DNA of 64,000 nt from Lytechinus pictus (taxonomy: Eukaryota), in NCBI RefSeq assembly GCF_037042905.1, contig NC_087251.1, positions 35,774,001 through 35,838,000 of the forward strand, written 5' to 3'. Positions 10,918 through 24,331 of the stretch are shown one piece after another (positions within the stretch are counted from its first letter, which is position 1; the number at the start of each line of letters is the position of its first letter). The notes below the pieces were generated by a model. That model made no database searches, was not told where the DNA came from, and worked only from the letters and a program-made list of their open reading frames with translations. The translations under genes were made by a program, and so were the position numbers.

Positions 10918-13706
10918 GTATTTGAACTTCCGAAAGAGGGTCAGAGCCTGACTTTGACGGGGTATAAATGTGCCTGAAAATTTCGACAAGCAACACATTT
11001 CGTACCCTAACAAATTGACAAGCAAAAAAAAGATAAATGAATAAAGGTCATCGCTCATTATTTTTTTTACGGGGTGCAGCTGCATACCCCCCCCCCCTCC
11101 CCACATCCACGCCTTGAAGGTTCAGAACGACATAAATGTAATTCAGATAATCACATGCCTCTCATTTAAAGTCTGCTTCCCACATCAACATCAAAGTGGT
11201 TTTAATAAAAATGGAAAATCGATCTAGTTCAAACATAGTGTCAGTTGTGGGAACGATCTAAAATGTGTTCGAACAGAATTTAATGCAATCACAGTATTTA
11301 TGAAAAAAGTGCTTAACTATTCTGGTGCAGTGCTGAAAAAAATGACAAAACAAGCACGACATTCTAGACAGGTGTCGGATCTTTTCCCGACATCTGAAAA
11401 CAGAGACTTCTACCGTTACAGTGACGAAAACTACGATGCATTTTAGTCTTATCACCATTTACTTGAACTAGATATATAGCTTGCTGAGAAAGCTGTGTTA
11501 CATTGACATGATTGGGGTCGAACCAAAAGTACGAGGCATCTGTAACCTGGACTATCGTACTTGGATTATTTTTATCACTAATTTTGTCTAATTAACCCAT
11601 CAACTTGTCATGGTTTTATTAACTTTTTTTATCTTGCAGATGAATCTCCCACGATCGTGGCTGATGGGAAGACTTTAATTTTTAGGAAAAATGCCACAAT
11701 CAATCGTGGCGATGTAAACACATTCCATGTTGGAGACGTTTATCATCATGACCATACTCATGAGGAACATGGCGGATCTACAGGATTCGAGGGTGAGATC
11801 GTGTATTTCTTTTCCCTTTGATGGAGATTAGACCTATATCATTAGATATGTGTTTATGGGATCAAGCAGATGTACTAGGCTCTGTAGCTCATATCGATCT
11901 CTCCCTCTCTTTCTCTTTCCCTTATTACTCTTTTCCATCTTTCCCTCTATTTTGTTTTCTCTCATACTCGACAGGGAGGACAATACTTTTTTCAAAATAC
12001 TTTTCTCAGCAAGATCGTGCGCTATGTTTACATAATGTTTACATCTGTGTCCTTGTTTGCATATTGCTGCACTTGCCTTTATAAAATCATGTATATAGTT
12101 TCTCATTTTTCCAGTGAGAGACACAAAATTACGTATTCTTTAAATTCAGATAAGTATCTTGATTATTCACAATCAAGAATCGTTTCTCCTTTTATAGAAA
12201 TGGAAGTGGAAGTAGACATCGAACCTTTACCAGATTCTGCAACAACGGGAGAGGTTGATGCTGATGCTACTCCTGAAGCTGATCCTAGAATCCTGAAGCT
12301 CATGCAGAGAATTTTCGCCAATTGCCACAACGTGGAAAAATGGAAAGAGAACACAGACTTTTGCGCCAAATTAAAGACCCTCTTTGAAGAGCAAGGCGCC
12401 CTTCTCAGTAAGGCTCAGTTTGATTCCGTTCATTTCTTCGTTCGTGTCAATGTTGGGCCCAACAGGGATGCCTTCATTCAAGCCTGTAACGACCGTGACA
12501 GCACCTTCTTCCAAGGCTTGACAAGTCTCCTGGTAACTCCAGAACTCGAAGAAGCTGCTGGAATGAAACTCAGACTGAGATTGGCTGTCAAAGACACACC
12601 AGCAAAAGATGTCGTCTCGGCACCAAAAGGTACCTTAGCTTTATACAAAATAATATATTATTCTCATAAGCCTGTAATTTGGGAAGCCACAGAGCTTTCA
12701 CTCTGAAACAAAATTCGGTGTCAAAGTTTTCGGATGCATCCTTGCGATGTGCATAAATACTATGTTTCAAGAACAATATCATACCTGAAGGCAGCAAAAA
12801 GCATTCTCTGACATTATGATAACGTGATTAATGACTCGTTTTAAACTTTGGGGTATATTTTGTTCGAAGCATCTCCTTTCCAAGGTGAAAGGAAGAATAG
12901 TCCTGCATCACCCCTCCCCTTTACGCTTTAAGACCTCCGCACACCTCACGACTGGTCCACGGTCCGATTTGGGGGGAAATCGCATTTTGCTTATTTTCTT
13001 AAAATATGAATGAATATAATATCTTAATTTGAGGTTTAAATTAACTGTAAGAATACTTATATTAAAAAAAGATGATTGCAAGCCTTTATTTTGGAATAAA
13101 GGCCAAATTAATGTAGAACCGTATCCAATCTTGCGACGTCATTACAACTAGATATCAAATTCTCTTTCTCTAATAAGGATGGTAGCATATTCATTAATTT
13201 CAACATATGCATTAGTACGATGATTTAGAACTTTACAGAGTAAGAGGTTCCATGCCTCAATATTCGCATCAAATTTCACTGCGTTTTACTCCAAAAATCA
13301 GATCACAGACCAATTATAAGGTGTGCGGTGTGGCCTTCACTTATTCATGTGCTGACTGCGATGGACAGCGATCCCTTGGGACAGGGGTATCTCCTCCCCC
13401 CCCCCCCCACCTTGGGAATGTTGCTTATGAGGCGAGACGTATGAATTTTCTTTGGGCCAAAATATGCTACGGTATTGAGGTAAAAGCTGGGGGCGTAACC
13501 ATGGTAACAGACATCGGTTGCATGATGTGAACAGGAATGTTAAGCACACCAAGCCTGAGCGCCTGAACGACCAGATTTCATTTTTTTCCCCCTTCTCTCT
13601 TTTTCATTTCTTGTCCAATTTTCTTCCACTTCCGCTTTCTTTCTTTCGTTTCCTCTTCTCACTTTACTTTTCCCTCACTTTCTTTCTCTCCTCCCCTATG
13701 ATATTC

Positions 13707-13751
<45 letters not shown>

Positions 13752-14412
13752 GGGCGAAAATCTCTCCTTCAAGATAGGGGGACACAATTGAGTTTTCCGT
13801 TTTTATGTTCTACAGNNNNNNNNNNNNNNNNNNNNNNNNNNNNNNNNNNNNNNNNNNNNNNNNNNNNNNNNNNNNNNNNNNNNNNNNNNNNNNNNNNNNN
13901 NNNNNNNNNNNNNNNNNNNNNNNNNNNNNNNNNNNNNNNNNNNNNNNNNNNNNNAGAGAACAATGGTAGGCGTAGCTTAAATCAAGGTTCCCCAGAGCTA
14001 TCTACCCTTTTTGGAAAAATTGGTGATGCCGAAAAAAATGTCTCTGCCGGGAATCGAACCCGGGCCCCCAGCTTTGAACGCCGGTGCCTTAACCACTAGA
14101 CCACAGAGACGGGTTAGTGGATAGGGCGACCCCGATCCAATTGACCGTCAGATAGACAGATTTTCGACACCATACCAATTATAATTTCCTTTGTGGTCTA
14201 GTGGTTAAGGCACCGGCGTTCAAAGCTGGGGGCCCGGGTTCGATTCCCGGCAGAGACATTTTTTCGGCATCACCAATTTTTCCAAAAAGGGTAGATAGCT
14301 CTGGGGAACCTTGATTTAAGCTACGCCTACCATTGTCCTCTTCATCCATTTCTTTCACACAATATTTAAATATAAAAAAAGAGTTGCCAAAGCTGTAGTA
14401 CATGTATAACTT

Positions 14413-14456
<44 letters not shown>

Positions 14457-17400
14457 GCAATGGAGATACACACCTGAAAGTTGACCCTGAGTCAACCGAC
14501 TTGAAGTCAGTTTACTCAGAGTCATGTTCAGGACTTATAATTTTTTTGAGCTCGGAGAGTGTACTACGGGCGGCAATGGAGTGCTTTCACGATGGGAAAC
14601 ACAGTTGGGGGGTGTGATCGCTTATTAGAACAGCCACTACGTACATTCATAGACCTGCTGTGTGTTCTGCGGAGCGAGAGCTGATTTTGTGAAATAGTGT
14701 AGTCTTATTCCAGGAACGAATAAATAACTTTTTAAAAAAGAGTAAAATTTGGAAAAAAAATTTGTAGTTGAATAATATGGTTCCAAGATTAATCACCAAA
14801 ATATTTGTTCATTCAATTCAATTTGGATTACATCCAATTAAGTGTACTGAGGCCTAGATTAGTAGGGTTTCCAGGGCTGCAGTTGGGGGGCAGTTGATAT
14901 TTGAATTAACAATATGATAAAAATGAAAACAAAGGTAGATCGACTTGATTTCGATGTATACATAACATATCATAGATCCTGTCCATGTCTCTTTTTTTTT
15001 TTTGGGGGGGGGGGGGTGTTGCACCCACAAATGTAATAACGCCCACAAATGTAATAACACTTTACCCACAAATGTAATAACACTTTACCCACAAATGTAA
15101 TAATTTCACCCACAAATGTAATAATGCACTTTACCCACAAATGTAATAATTTTTGATCGCCCACAAATGTAATAATGACTTTACCCACAAATGTAATAAA
15201 TTTGAAGGGATTTTTGGCGAATCCGTTCTAAACTAAAATCCTATAGTAATGCGTTCATATTGCACAAAAGTGCAGTCTTTTTTCCAGACCCGGTTAATTG
15301 AACATTATAGTACAAGTCCAAAGTCTTTTTCCAGACCCGGTTGTTTCAAAATTATAATATATGTCCAAAGTCTTTTTTCCAGACCCGGTTAATTAAAAAA
15401 TTATAATGCAAGTCCAAAGTCTTTTTTTCAGACCCGGTCGTTTCAAACATTATAATATAAGTTGGCGACCCCAACTCAAGCTCTGCTTTCCGGGTTTTCG
15501 CCTCCTTCAAAATTGTGTCAAAATATATACTGTATTCGTTACTATGTCAAATATTATTTTGTATCTGTTTGAAGGAAATAAATGTGATTTTCAATTCAAA
15601 ATTCAATTTAAAAAAAAATTCAATTCAAAGTCTTTTTTCCAGACCTGGTTAATAAAACATTATAGTACAATTCCAGAGTCTTTTTTCCAGACCAGGTTGT
15701 TTCAAAAATTTTAATATAAGTCCAAAGTCTTTTTTTTCAGACCCGGTTGTTTCAAATTTTTTTATATAAGTCCAAAGTCTTTTTTTTCAGACCCGGTTGT
15801 TTCAAAATTTTTGATATAAGTCCAAAGTCTTTTTCCAGACCCGGTTATTTCAAAAATTATAATATAAGTACAAACTAAGTTACGTTAATGGTATTGCAGA
15901 AAAAAAATGAGAATCGAGCTTAGTCTTTTCTCAAGACCCAGTTAATTAAAACTGGTGGAATTAATGTCTTTTTTGTTGTTTAACTTATACGGCGTATATT
16001 GTGAATATATGCGCTAAGAGTAAATTGAGAATCAAGCGTAGTCTTTTCTCCAGACCCGGTTACTTAAAACTAAAAACTAAACCCTATAGCAATGTGTTCA
16101 TATAGCACAAAAGTGCAAAGTCTTTTTTCCAGACCCGGATAATTAAACAATTACAATATAAGTCCAAAGTCTTTCCTCCAGACCCGGCTATTAAAAATTG
16201 AATTAAAAAACTTCAAATCTAAGACCAATTTTCCAAAGTTTCACCCAGTAAAAAAAATATGTCTTTACCCCACATCCATTTTTTTTAAATAGTACTACGA
16301 CCCAAACAAAACATTGTAATAATGCATGGGCAAAGCAAACATCCTTTCTCCAGACTTGGTTATTATTTGAAAAAAATAAAATAGTTTTTACAAATATTCT
16401 AAAACGAATACCCAATAATCTAATTACTGTGGAATAACATGAAGACCGATTGTCGAAGATCGACTTTCCTCCAGACACAATTATTTCAAGAATAAAAAAA
16501 ATCAATAAAACCCAACCCTCTAAAACGATTCTTAGAACCAACAATCCTCAAATTAAGACCATCCATGTAGAAAAGCACATGTTTAGAGCGTTGTCTTTAT
16601 TCCAGTCCCAGTAATTTAAAAATGATTTAAACAATCTTAAAAACAAAAGACTTTGTCATATTCTTATTCTTTTGGAATAACACGAGTATTATGCTTAGTC
16701 TTTCAAATATTGAAAAAAAAAATCACAGCTAAGACCAATCTTTAAAATTAAACCCACTTGAAATGCTTGGGCTTAGAGTGTTGTCTTTACCCCTCACCCA
16801 GTTCTCTTTAAAATACAAATTAAGCGAAATATTAATCTTAGAACTTAGACCCCAGCACCTTCCAAACTATAAAACCCTTGTGATAACGCATACTTAATTT
16901 CACCAGACCAGTTTATTGAAAAAAAGACAGAACAAACAAAAAAATAACCCTCTTCCAGCCTAACATCCTGTAATAAATGATGTAATTAAACGTTCATTTT
17001 TCTTCCAGGCAAACAAATTTATAATAAAAAACAACATCAAAATGAGTTGTTGACTGACGTTTTATCCGACACTGGTAGCACTGCTTCTTAGCCAATCAAC
17101 ATCAGGAACAGTTGTCAGATCTGACAACTTGTCGGACATAAATGTTGATGAAATACTCCCCCAATCATCTTATTCATGTTGAACAGGCACAAGAATATGA
17201 TTGAGTCTTTAGTTATGAGGATTTCATTTATCTTATTTTTTAAATTACAAGGTCTGGAATAAAGAAAACTCTCTAAACTTTTATTTCTTGAAAGTTCTTT
17301 TAGTTTGAAGGATAGTTGGGCCTTAGATTCTGTTATTTTTTTTAAATGATTTTGGTTATTTTGAAATATTTGGGTATGGAGGAAAGACTACACCATATTT

Positions 17401-20400
17401 CCATGTTAGTCAATGTTGATAAGATTGCAGGTTCTTTGTTTTGTTGTTGTTGTGTTTTAAATGACTTTTATAACTGGGTCTGGAGGAAAGACTACGCTAT
17501 ATTTCCATGTTTTTCAACATAAAGAGGATCGTGGGTCTTTGTTTGCTTTTTTATTATTACTAATTTATTGTAATTATTCATCATTTCTTATTTGAAAGAT
17601 CTGGGTCTGGAGGAAAGACAACGCTATATTTCCATGTTATTCAACATAAATAGGATCGTGGGTCTTTGTTTGCTTTTTTTATTATTACTAATTTATTATT
17701 ATTATTATTATTTATCTATTTGTTATTTGAAAGATCTGGGTCTGGATGAAAGACTACGCTATATTTCCATGTAATTTAACATCTACAAGAGAGTTGGGGT
17801 CTTTGTTACTTTTCCACCAGTTTTAATTAACTGGGTCTGGAGAAAAGACTAAGCTCGATTCTCATTTCATTCCACTAGAATATCATTATTGTGTCTTAGT
17901 TTGGACTTATAATAATTTTGAAATTACAGGGTCTGGAAAAAAAGACTGACATATATTATAATTTTTTAAACGGCCGGGTCTGGAAAAAAGACTTTGGACG
18001 TATATTATAATTTTTTAAACAACCGGGTCTGGAAAAAAGACTTTGGACGTATATTATAATTTTTGAATTAACCGGGTCTGGAAAAAAGACTTTGGAATTG
18101 CATTATAATTTTTTAATTAACCAGGTCTGGAAAAAAGACTTTGGAATTGCATTATAATTTTTTAATTAACCAGGTCTGGAAAAAAGACTTTGGACATATA
18201 TTATAATTTTTTAAACAACCGGGTCTGGAAAAAAGACTTTGGACTTATATTATAATGTTTGAAACGACCGGGTTTGAAAAAAAATACTTTGGACTTGCAT
18301 TATAATTTTTCAATTAACTGGGTCTGGAAAACAGACTGTGGACGTATATTATAATTTTGAAACAACCGGGTCTGGAAAAAGACTTTGGAATTGTACTATA
18401 ATGTTTCATTGACCGGGTCTGGAAAAAAGACTTTGCACTTTTGTGCTATATAAACGCATTACTATAGGATTTTAGTTTAGAACAGATTCGCCAAAAATCC
18501 CTTCAAATTTATTACATTTGTGGGCGATCAAAAATTATTACATTTGTGGGTAAAGTGCATTATTACATTTGTGGGTGAAATTATTACATTTGTGGGTAAG
18601 GTGTTATTACATTTGTGGGCGTTATTACATTTGTGGGTAAAGTGTTATTACATTTGTGGGCGTTATTACATTTGTGGGCGATTATTACATTTGTGGGTGT
18701 AACAGGGGGGTGCAGTTGATATATTAATATAGCATAATACTCAGTATTATGATTATATTTCTTGATATAATGGACTAAAAGTGATGGAATGTTTTTGTAC
18801 GGTGACTGGAGGTCACTGTCTGTAGTATTCACTTAACTTGATGTTGTTTAATATGCCTCACTTCATGGATTTTCATGTTGAGATAACATTACCTCATCCC
18901 ATACCCTGTCTATGACTTTTTTTTTCCAGCGGGGGGGGGGGGGGGATTGATATGATGATTTTGCATAAAACTGTTAATAAAACAACCTCAGTCGTGTGAT
19001 TATATTCCTTCATGTAACTGACTAAAAGTGATGACATGTTTTTTTATTAGATGACTTGAGGGTTTTGTGGGTAGTATTAACTTTACTTGAAGTTTTGGGT
19101 CACTTTATGGTTTTCATGTGTGTACATTGTCTAGAGAAATTTAATTTATCCCGGCATGTCCGACATCCACGTATCATACCTACTCATACTATTTTTTTCC
19201 CATTTATTCATTTATTTATTTATTTATTTTTATTTTGGGGGGGGGTTGATATTTAAAGACGCACATTTCTCGCCAGTAGTTCTGCAGCATGGAGACTTAA
19301 CGCAGCAATGCCCACGCGATTTCGTGCGAATGGGACTGTGTGTTGTTATGACTCTCTTTGTGGATTTTCAGGACTAGATAACATTACCTTATATCCCTTA
19401 ATATAATCAACTCAAAGAGAATATATATGTTTTAGTTTGCTGACTTGAGGTCAATAATGGTGGTATTCATCTTACCTGAAGTTGTTATGACTCTATTTGT
19501 GGATTTTCAGGAATAGATAACATTACCTTATATCCCTTAATATAATCGACTTAAAGTGATGATATATTTTACTTAGCTGACTTGAGGTCAATAATGGTGG
19601 TATTCATCTTACCTGAAGTTGTTATGACTCTCTTTGTGGATTTTCAGGAATAGATAACATTACGTTCTTCCCATATCCTGTCCATATCTTAATATAATAG
19701 TTTTTTTTTTTTGGGGGGTGGAGCAGTTGGTATCTTACTTTAGCGTGAAACTGACCTAAAATATATAAAGTATCTAAAGTAAGATATCCCTCATTAAAAT
19801 CGACTCAAAGTGATGATATGTTTTAGTTTGCTGACTTGAGGGCAATAATGGTGGTATTCATCTTACCTGAAGTTGTTATGACTCTATTTGTGGATTTTCA
19901 GGAATAGATAACATTACCTTATATCCCTTAATATAATCGACTCAAAGTGATGATATATTTTACTTAGCTGACTTGAGGTCAATAATGGTGGTATTCATCT
20001 TACCTGAAGTTGTTATGACTCTCTTTGTGGATTTTCAGGAATAGATAACATTACGTTCTTCCCATATCCTGTCCATATCTTAATATAATAGTTTTTTTCT
20101 TGTTTTTTTTTTGGGGGGGGGGGAGCAGTTGGTATCTTACTTTAGTGTGAAACTGACCTAAAATATATGAAGTATATAAAGTAATATATCCCTCATTAAA
20201 ATCGACTCAAAGTGATGATATGTTTTAGTTTGCTGACTTAAGGTCAATAATGGTGGTATTCATTTTACCTCAAGTTGTTATGACTCTCTTTGTGGATTTT
20301 TTTAGCGTTGCGGGGTGATATGTATCGAAATCTGACATAGTTACCATATAGATCTAGATCTAGTATTTTAATTATGTTGAAAAAAGTACAATTCAATGTA

Positions 20401-23400
20401 AATAGATCTACCAAGAATTGCCTCATCCGGCCTAGATCTACATTTTCAACTTGACAAATCAAATCAAATCAAATTAATCGAAATTTTCATACATGCGCGC
20501 GCGCGCACACACACACACACACAAACCTTTTGAAGAAAATATGGGGGATGGGCGGGGGGGTGGGGGAACAGCAGCGCGCCCCACAAAGACACAAACCCTA
20601 CCAGAAGTAGGCCTACGCCACTGTCGGTACACTTTATTGGATGTCAAAATTGACGAATCTTGGAAAATAAGCGTCGAACCATAATATCACACCACAGTTT
20701 GAACAACAAAAACAAAACAAAACAATTTTAGAGCATTGTTATAATTATTATTTTACTTATTTATTTATTCCTGGAATAAGACTACACAATTACTCAAAAT
20801 CGGCTCTCGCTCCGCAGAGTACGCAGTAGGTCTATGCACATACGTATAGTGGCTGTTCTAATAAGCGATCACAACCCCACATTAATCGCTCTGCGTGGAA
20901 CATTACAATGACAAATCTAGACTCATTATTTTGTTATTAAGGCATTATAATTAATACAGGAAACGCAAATAGAGATGAATAACCAAGCAATAACTCAAAC
21001 CAGTTGAACAGTTATCAAGAAAACAGACAACATGTTAGAAAAATCAACTGAAAGAAACTGCAATCGTGATATAGCCGTTGCCGCCCGCAGTACACTCTCT
21101 GAGCTCGAAAAAATTATAAGTCCTGAACATGACTCTGAGTAAATTGACTTCAAGTCGGTTGACTCAGGGTCAACTTTCAGGTGTGTATCTCCATTGATGC
21201 TGCATATATATATATATATATATGGAAGGCGGGGTAAGTTGAGCATAGGGGCAAGTTGAGCCACCACCCCCAGGCCAATAATGAATGAGTCGAACATTGT
21301 GGTGGTGTCCTGCATTGATGACCCATTACATGACCCTTAACCCCACCACATTGTTTTCAACTTTGAAACAAAAAGTACTTTTATAGAGGGAAAAATACAA
21401 ATTTCAGCCAAAAAAGTAAAAATGGTGTGATATAGAAAAGTGCTTTTTACCCACGCATGTCTTTAAATATAACAAAGAAATAAGAACAATATTGTTAGTC
21501 CAGGTATGGATTCTCATTCTTGTCATAGTCTTTTACATGATGGATGCATAAGAAATGTGTGGATGTGAAAATATCGCATTACGTTCGGACTGGGGTAATG
21601 TGTGCCAGCTAACATGGGGCAAGTTGTGCCATGGTAATTCTTATGGTAATGTATAATAAAAAAAATAATTAAAAAACCTTAAAAGCCATTGATATGGAGG
21701 CAGAAGAGAGCAAATTCACATGACAGTTCTTTTACTTTTAGAGGATGTTAGCATTTATAGAGAATTAGCAAGTGGAAAGTCTTTAAATAAAACGTTGACA
21801 TGCCGGTTCTTCCCGCATACATTTTGTACATAGTTTTTGTAGCTCAACTTACCCCAGAAGGTAGCACAACTTACCCCACAGATGGGGCAAGTTGAGCCAT
21901 TTGACATTGTTTTTTCAAAGGTCACAATGACTTTCAGTGTGGGGGTAGAAAGTTATATATAGGTGAAAAATATTTCCCAAGAATCAAATTTAAAGGCAAT
22001 GTACTTAATACTACAATATTATTATTCATATCAATTCTAACATGCAAAATGCAAAAAGTGTCGCAACTTACCCCGCCTTCCCCTATATACCCTATTTATA
22101 CATATTTCAAAGAGGGGAGGTATTCCTGACTAAAGATGAAAGGCCTCAATAAATAATGCGAGCGCGAAGCACGAGCCCAAATATGTTGATATTTCCTAAA
22201 TTGTGACCTGGAAATTTAACAGTCTGAACGTTTTTTTGTGATCATGAACTAGATGCGAGCGCGAAGCGCGAGCCGAAAGTTTTTTATTTTCCAACCTAAA
22301 AACTGGACATTCGTAACACTTTTTCAAATTATGAACAGGATAGGAAGTACCTAAAAACTGAACATTCGTAACACTTTTTCAAATCATGAACAGAATAGGA
22401 ATTTAACTAGATAATAGATGCGAGCGCGAGCTGAAAGTTTCTGATTTTCCAACCTAAATACTGGACATTCATAGCACTTTAAAAAGAATATGAACAGTAT
22501 AGGAATCTAATCAATTAATGTGAGCGCGAAGCGCAAGCTGAAAGTTTTTGATATTCCAACCTGAAAACTGGACATTCGTAACACATTTTTCAAATCATGA
22601 ACAGGATAGGAATTTAACTAAATAATAGATGCGAGCGCGAGCTGACTTTTTTCCAACCTAAATACTGGACATTCATAGCACTTTAAAAAGAATATGAACA
22701 AGATAGGAATCTAAACAATTAATGCGAGCGTGAAGCGCGAGCTGAAAGTTTTTTATTTTCCAACCTAACAACTGGACATTCATAGCGCCTTAAAAAGAAT
22801 ATGAACAGGATAGGAATCTAATCAATTAATGCGAGCGCGAAGCGCGAGCTGAAAGTTTTTTATTTTCCATCCTAAATACTAGACATTCTTAGTACTTAAA
22901 ATAAATAATTATGAACAGGAAACAATTAATGAGAGCGCGAAGCAAGAGGTGAAAGTTTTTGATTTTCCAACCTAAACTGTACATTCTTAGTACTTTAAAA
23001 AAATTGTGAACAGGATAGGAATCTAAACAATTAATGCGAAAACTGGATCTTTCAAGCACTTTTAGAATAAAGAACAAGCAGTTTATCTTAATAAACAATG
23101 CGAGCGCAAAGCGCGAGCTAATTTTTTTTTTAAGATTTAAACCTACAAAATTATGAAAAAGATTGATATCTTCCTAAATAAATGTGTGTGTAGGTGCCGT
23201 GGCCGACTGGTCTAAGGCGCCTAGCTATACATGGAAAGTCCGGGGTTCGATCCCCGGCCGCGGCACCTATGCCCGTGAGCAAGGCATTTAATCTACAATG
23301 CTCTTTTATCCTGCTTTCAAATAAATTGAAATGCTATATGCATTATTGGTAGCTAGGTGTGCAAAAATTAAAAAAATAAAAAAATAAATAAATGATTTGA

Positions 23401-24294
23401 TTTTATATATTTCGATCTAAAAAGTGAAAGAAAAAATTTAAGCACGTTTTGAAATAAAGAGATGGCTGTGTGCGAGCGATTTTTTTTTTTTTTATACAAT
23501 GACTTGAAAGTTTTCTCTTTTAATTATTCCCCTCCCCTTCCATCATTTAATTTTTTTCCTCGTCCTATCTTTCTTCTTATTTTTCTCCTCACCTTCCTAT
23601 TTTGCGCCGCCAATAGGAGGCGGGCCGCCGCTTCGCCCCTTTGATCTGATGACCCCTCCCACGTACGGCAGGATTTTTGTGTAAAAATGGAATATAAAAG
23701 TCTCGTTAATAGAGTATTTAAATACAATTAAAAAAAAACATAGTTAAAATTCACTGCGAAAGATTAATCATAACTCATAAAAACTATTATTTTTACTGAG
23801 TACGCGAACAATGAAAATATTAGTATATATATTCCAAGTAATTTTGGAATAAAGGGAAAATGAATTGGTTGAACAAAGGTATGTTTTTACGGGGTATGGA
23901 ACATTCTCGTCTACCATCTATACACTAAATTTACTTATAAGTATCCAGGGGCGATTTTCTTTTTCCGTCATTTTTATTAGTTGTGAAATTGACAATGGGC
24001 ATCGATGCCAATGTCATCAATCTTTGGCTGGCATATAGGGCTAGATGCGAGTTCGAGAATAGTCGGGCCGGTATGCCTTTTCTTGTCCTATCCAAGTTCT
24101 TAACAAAAACTATCTGTTTATATTTATTTCGAAATTCGAGGATACATGTGTATAATTTCGATTTTGACTTATGTATTTTTTCCATAATAAAAGACCACAA
24201 ATAGTAGGGGGGACATTTGATATTATGTCCCCCCCCCCCTTTCCAAAATGGTAGGGGGGACGCGTCCCCCCTGTCCCCCCTGGGATTTCCGCCC

Positions 24295-24331
<37 letters not shown>

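Larger units (their letters stand above)
14453..21204. mobile_element. TIR element inserted in a (TA)n microsatellite
   Basis: Near-perfect TIR of about 125 bp (CAATGGAGATACACACCTGAAAGTTGACCCTGAGTC...), a further inverted block (14610-14725 vs 20765-20880), and TA runs on both sides. Confidence 0.8.
13749..24297. mobile_element. hAT-like element in a (TA)n tract, expanded to 10.5 kb by nested insertions
   Basis: Ends CATGGGCGAAAATC and GATTTCCGCCCATG, both flanked by (TA)n. The same left end occurs reversed at about 38700-38755. An N gap lies inside, so continuity is inferred. Confidence 0.6.

Noticed and set aside
14039-14110. Selenocysteine tRNA
   Set aside because: UCA anticodon, but a 4-nt variable loop and 7/5 stem geometry; lacks the long variable arm and extended acceptor arm of tRNA-Sec.
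14970-15188. IITFVG / YYICG repeat ORFs (also 18520-18702)
   Set aside because: Translations of the ~20-bp terminal tandem repeats of the foldback element.
23193-23268. Functional tRNA gene
   Set aside because: Anticodon arm does not pair properly and it runs into a SINE core and tail; treated as a SINE head, as is 62134-62210.
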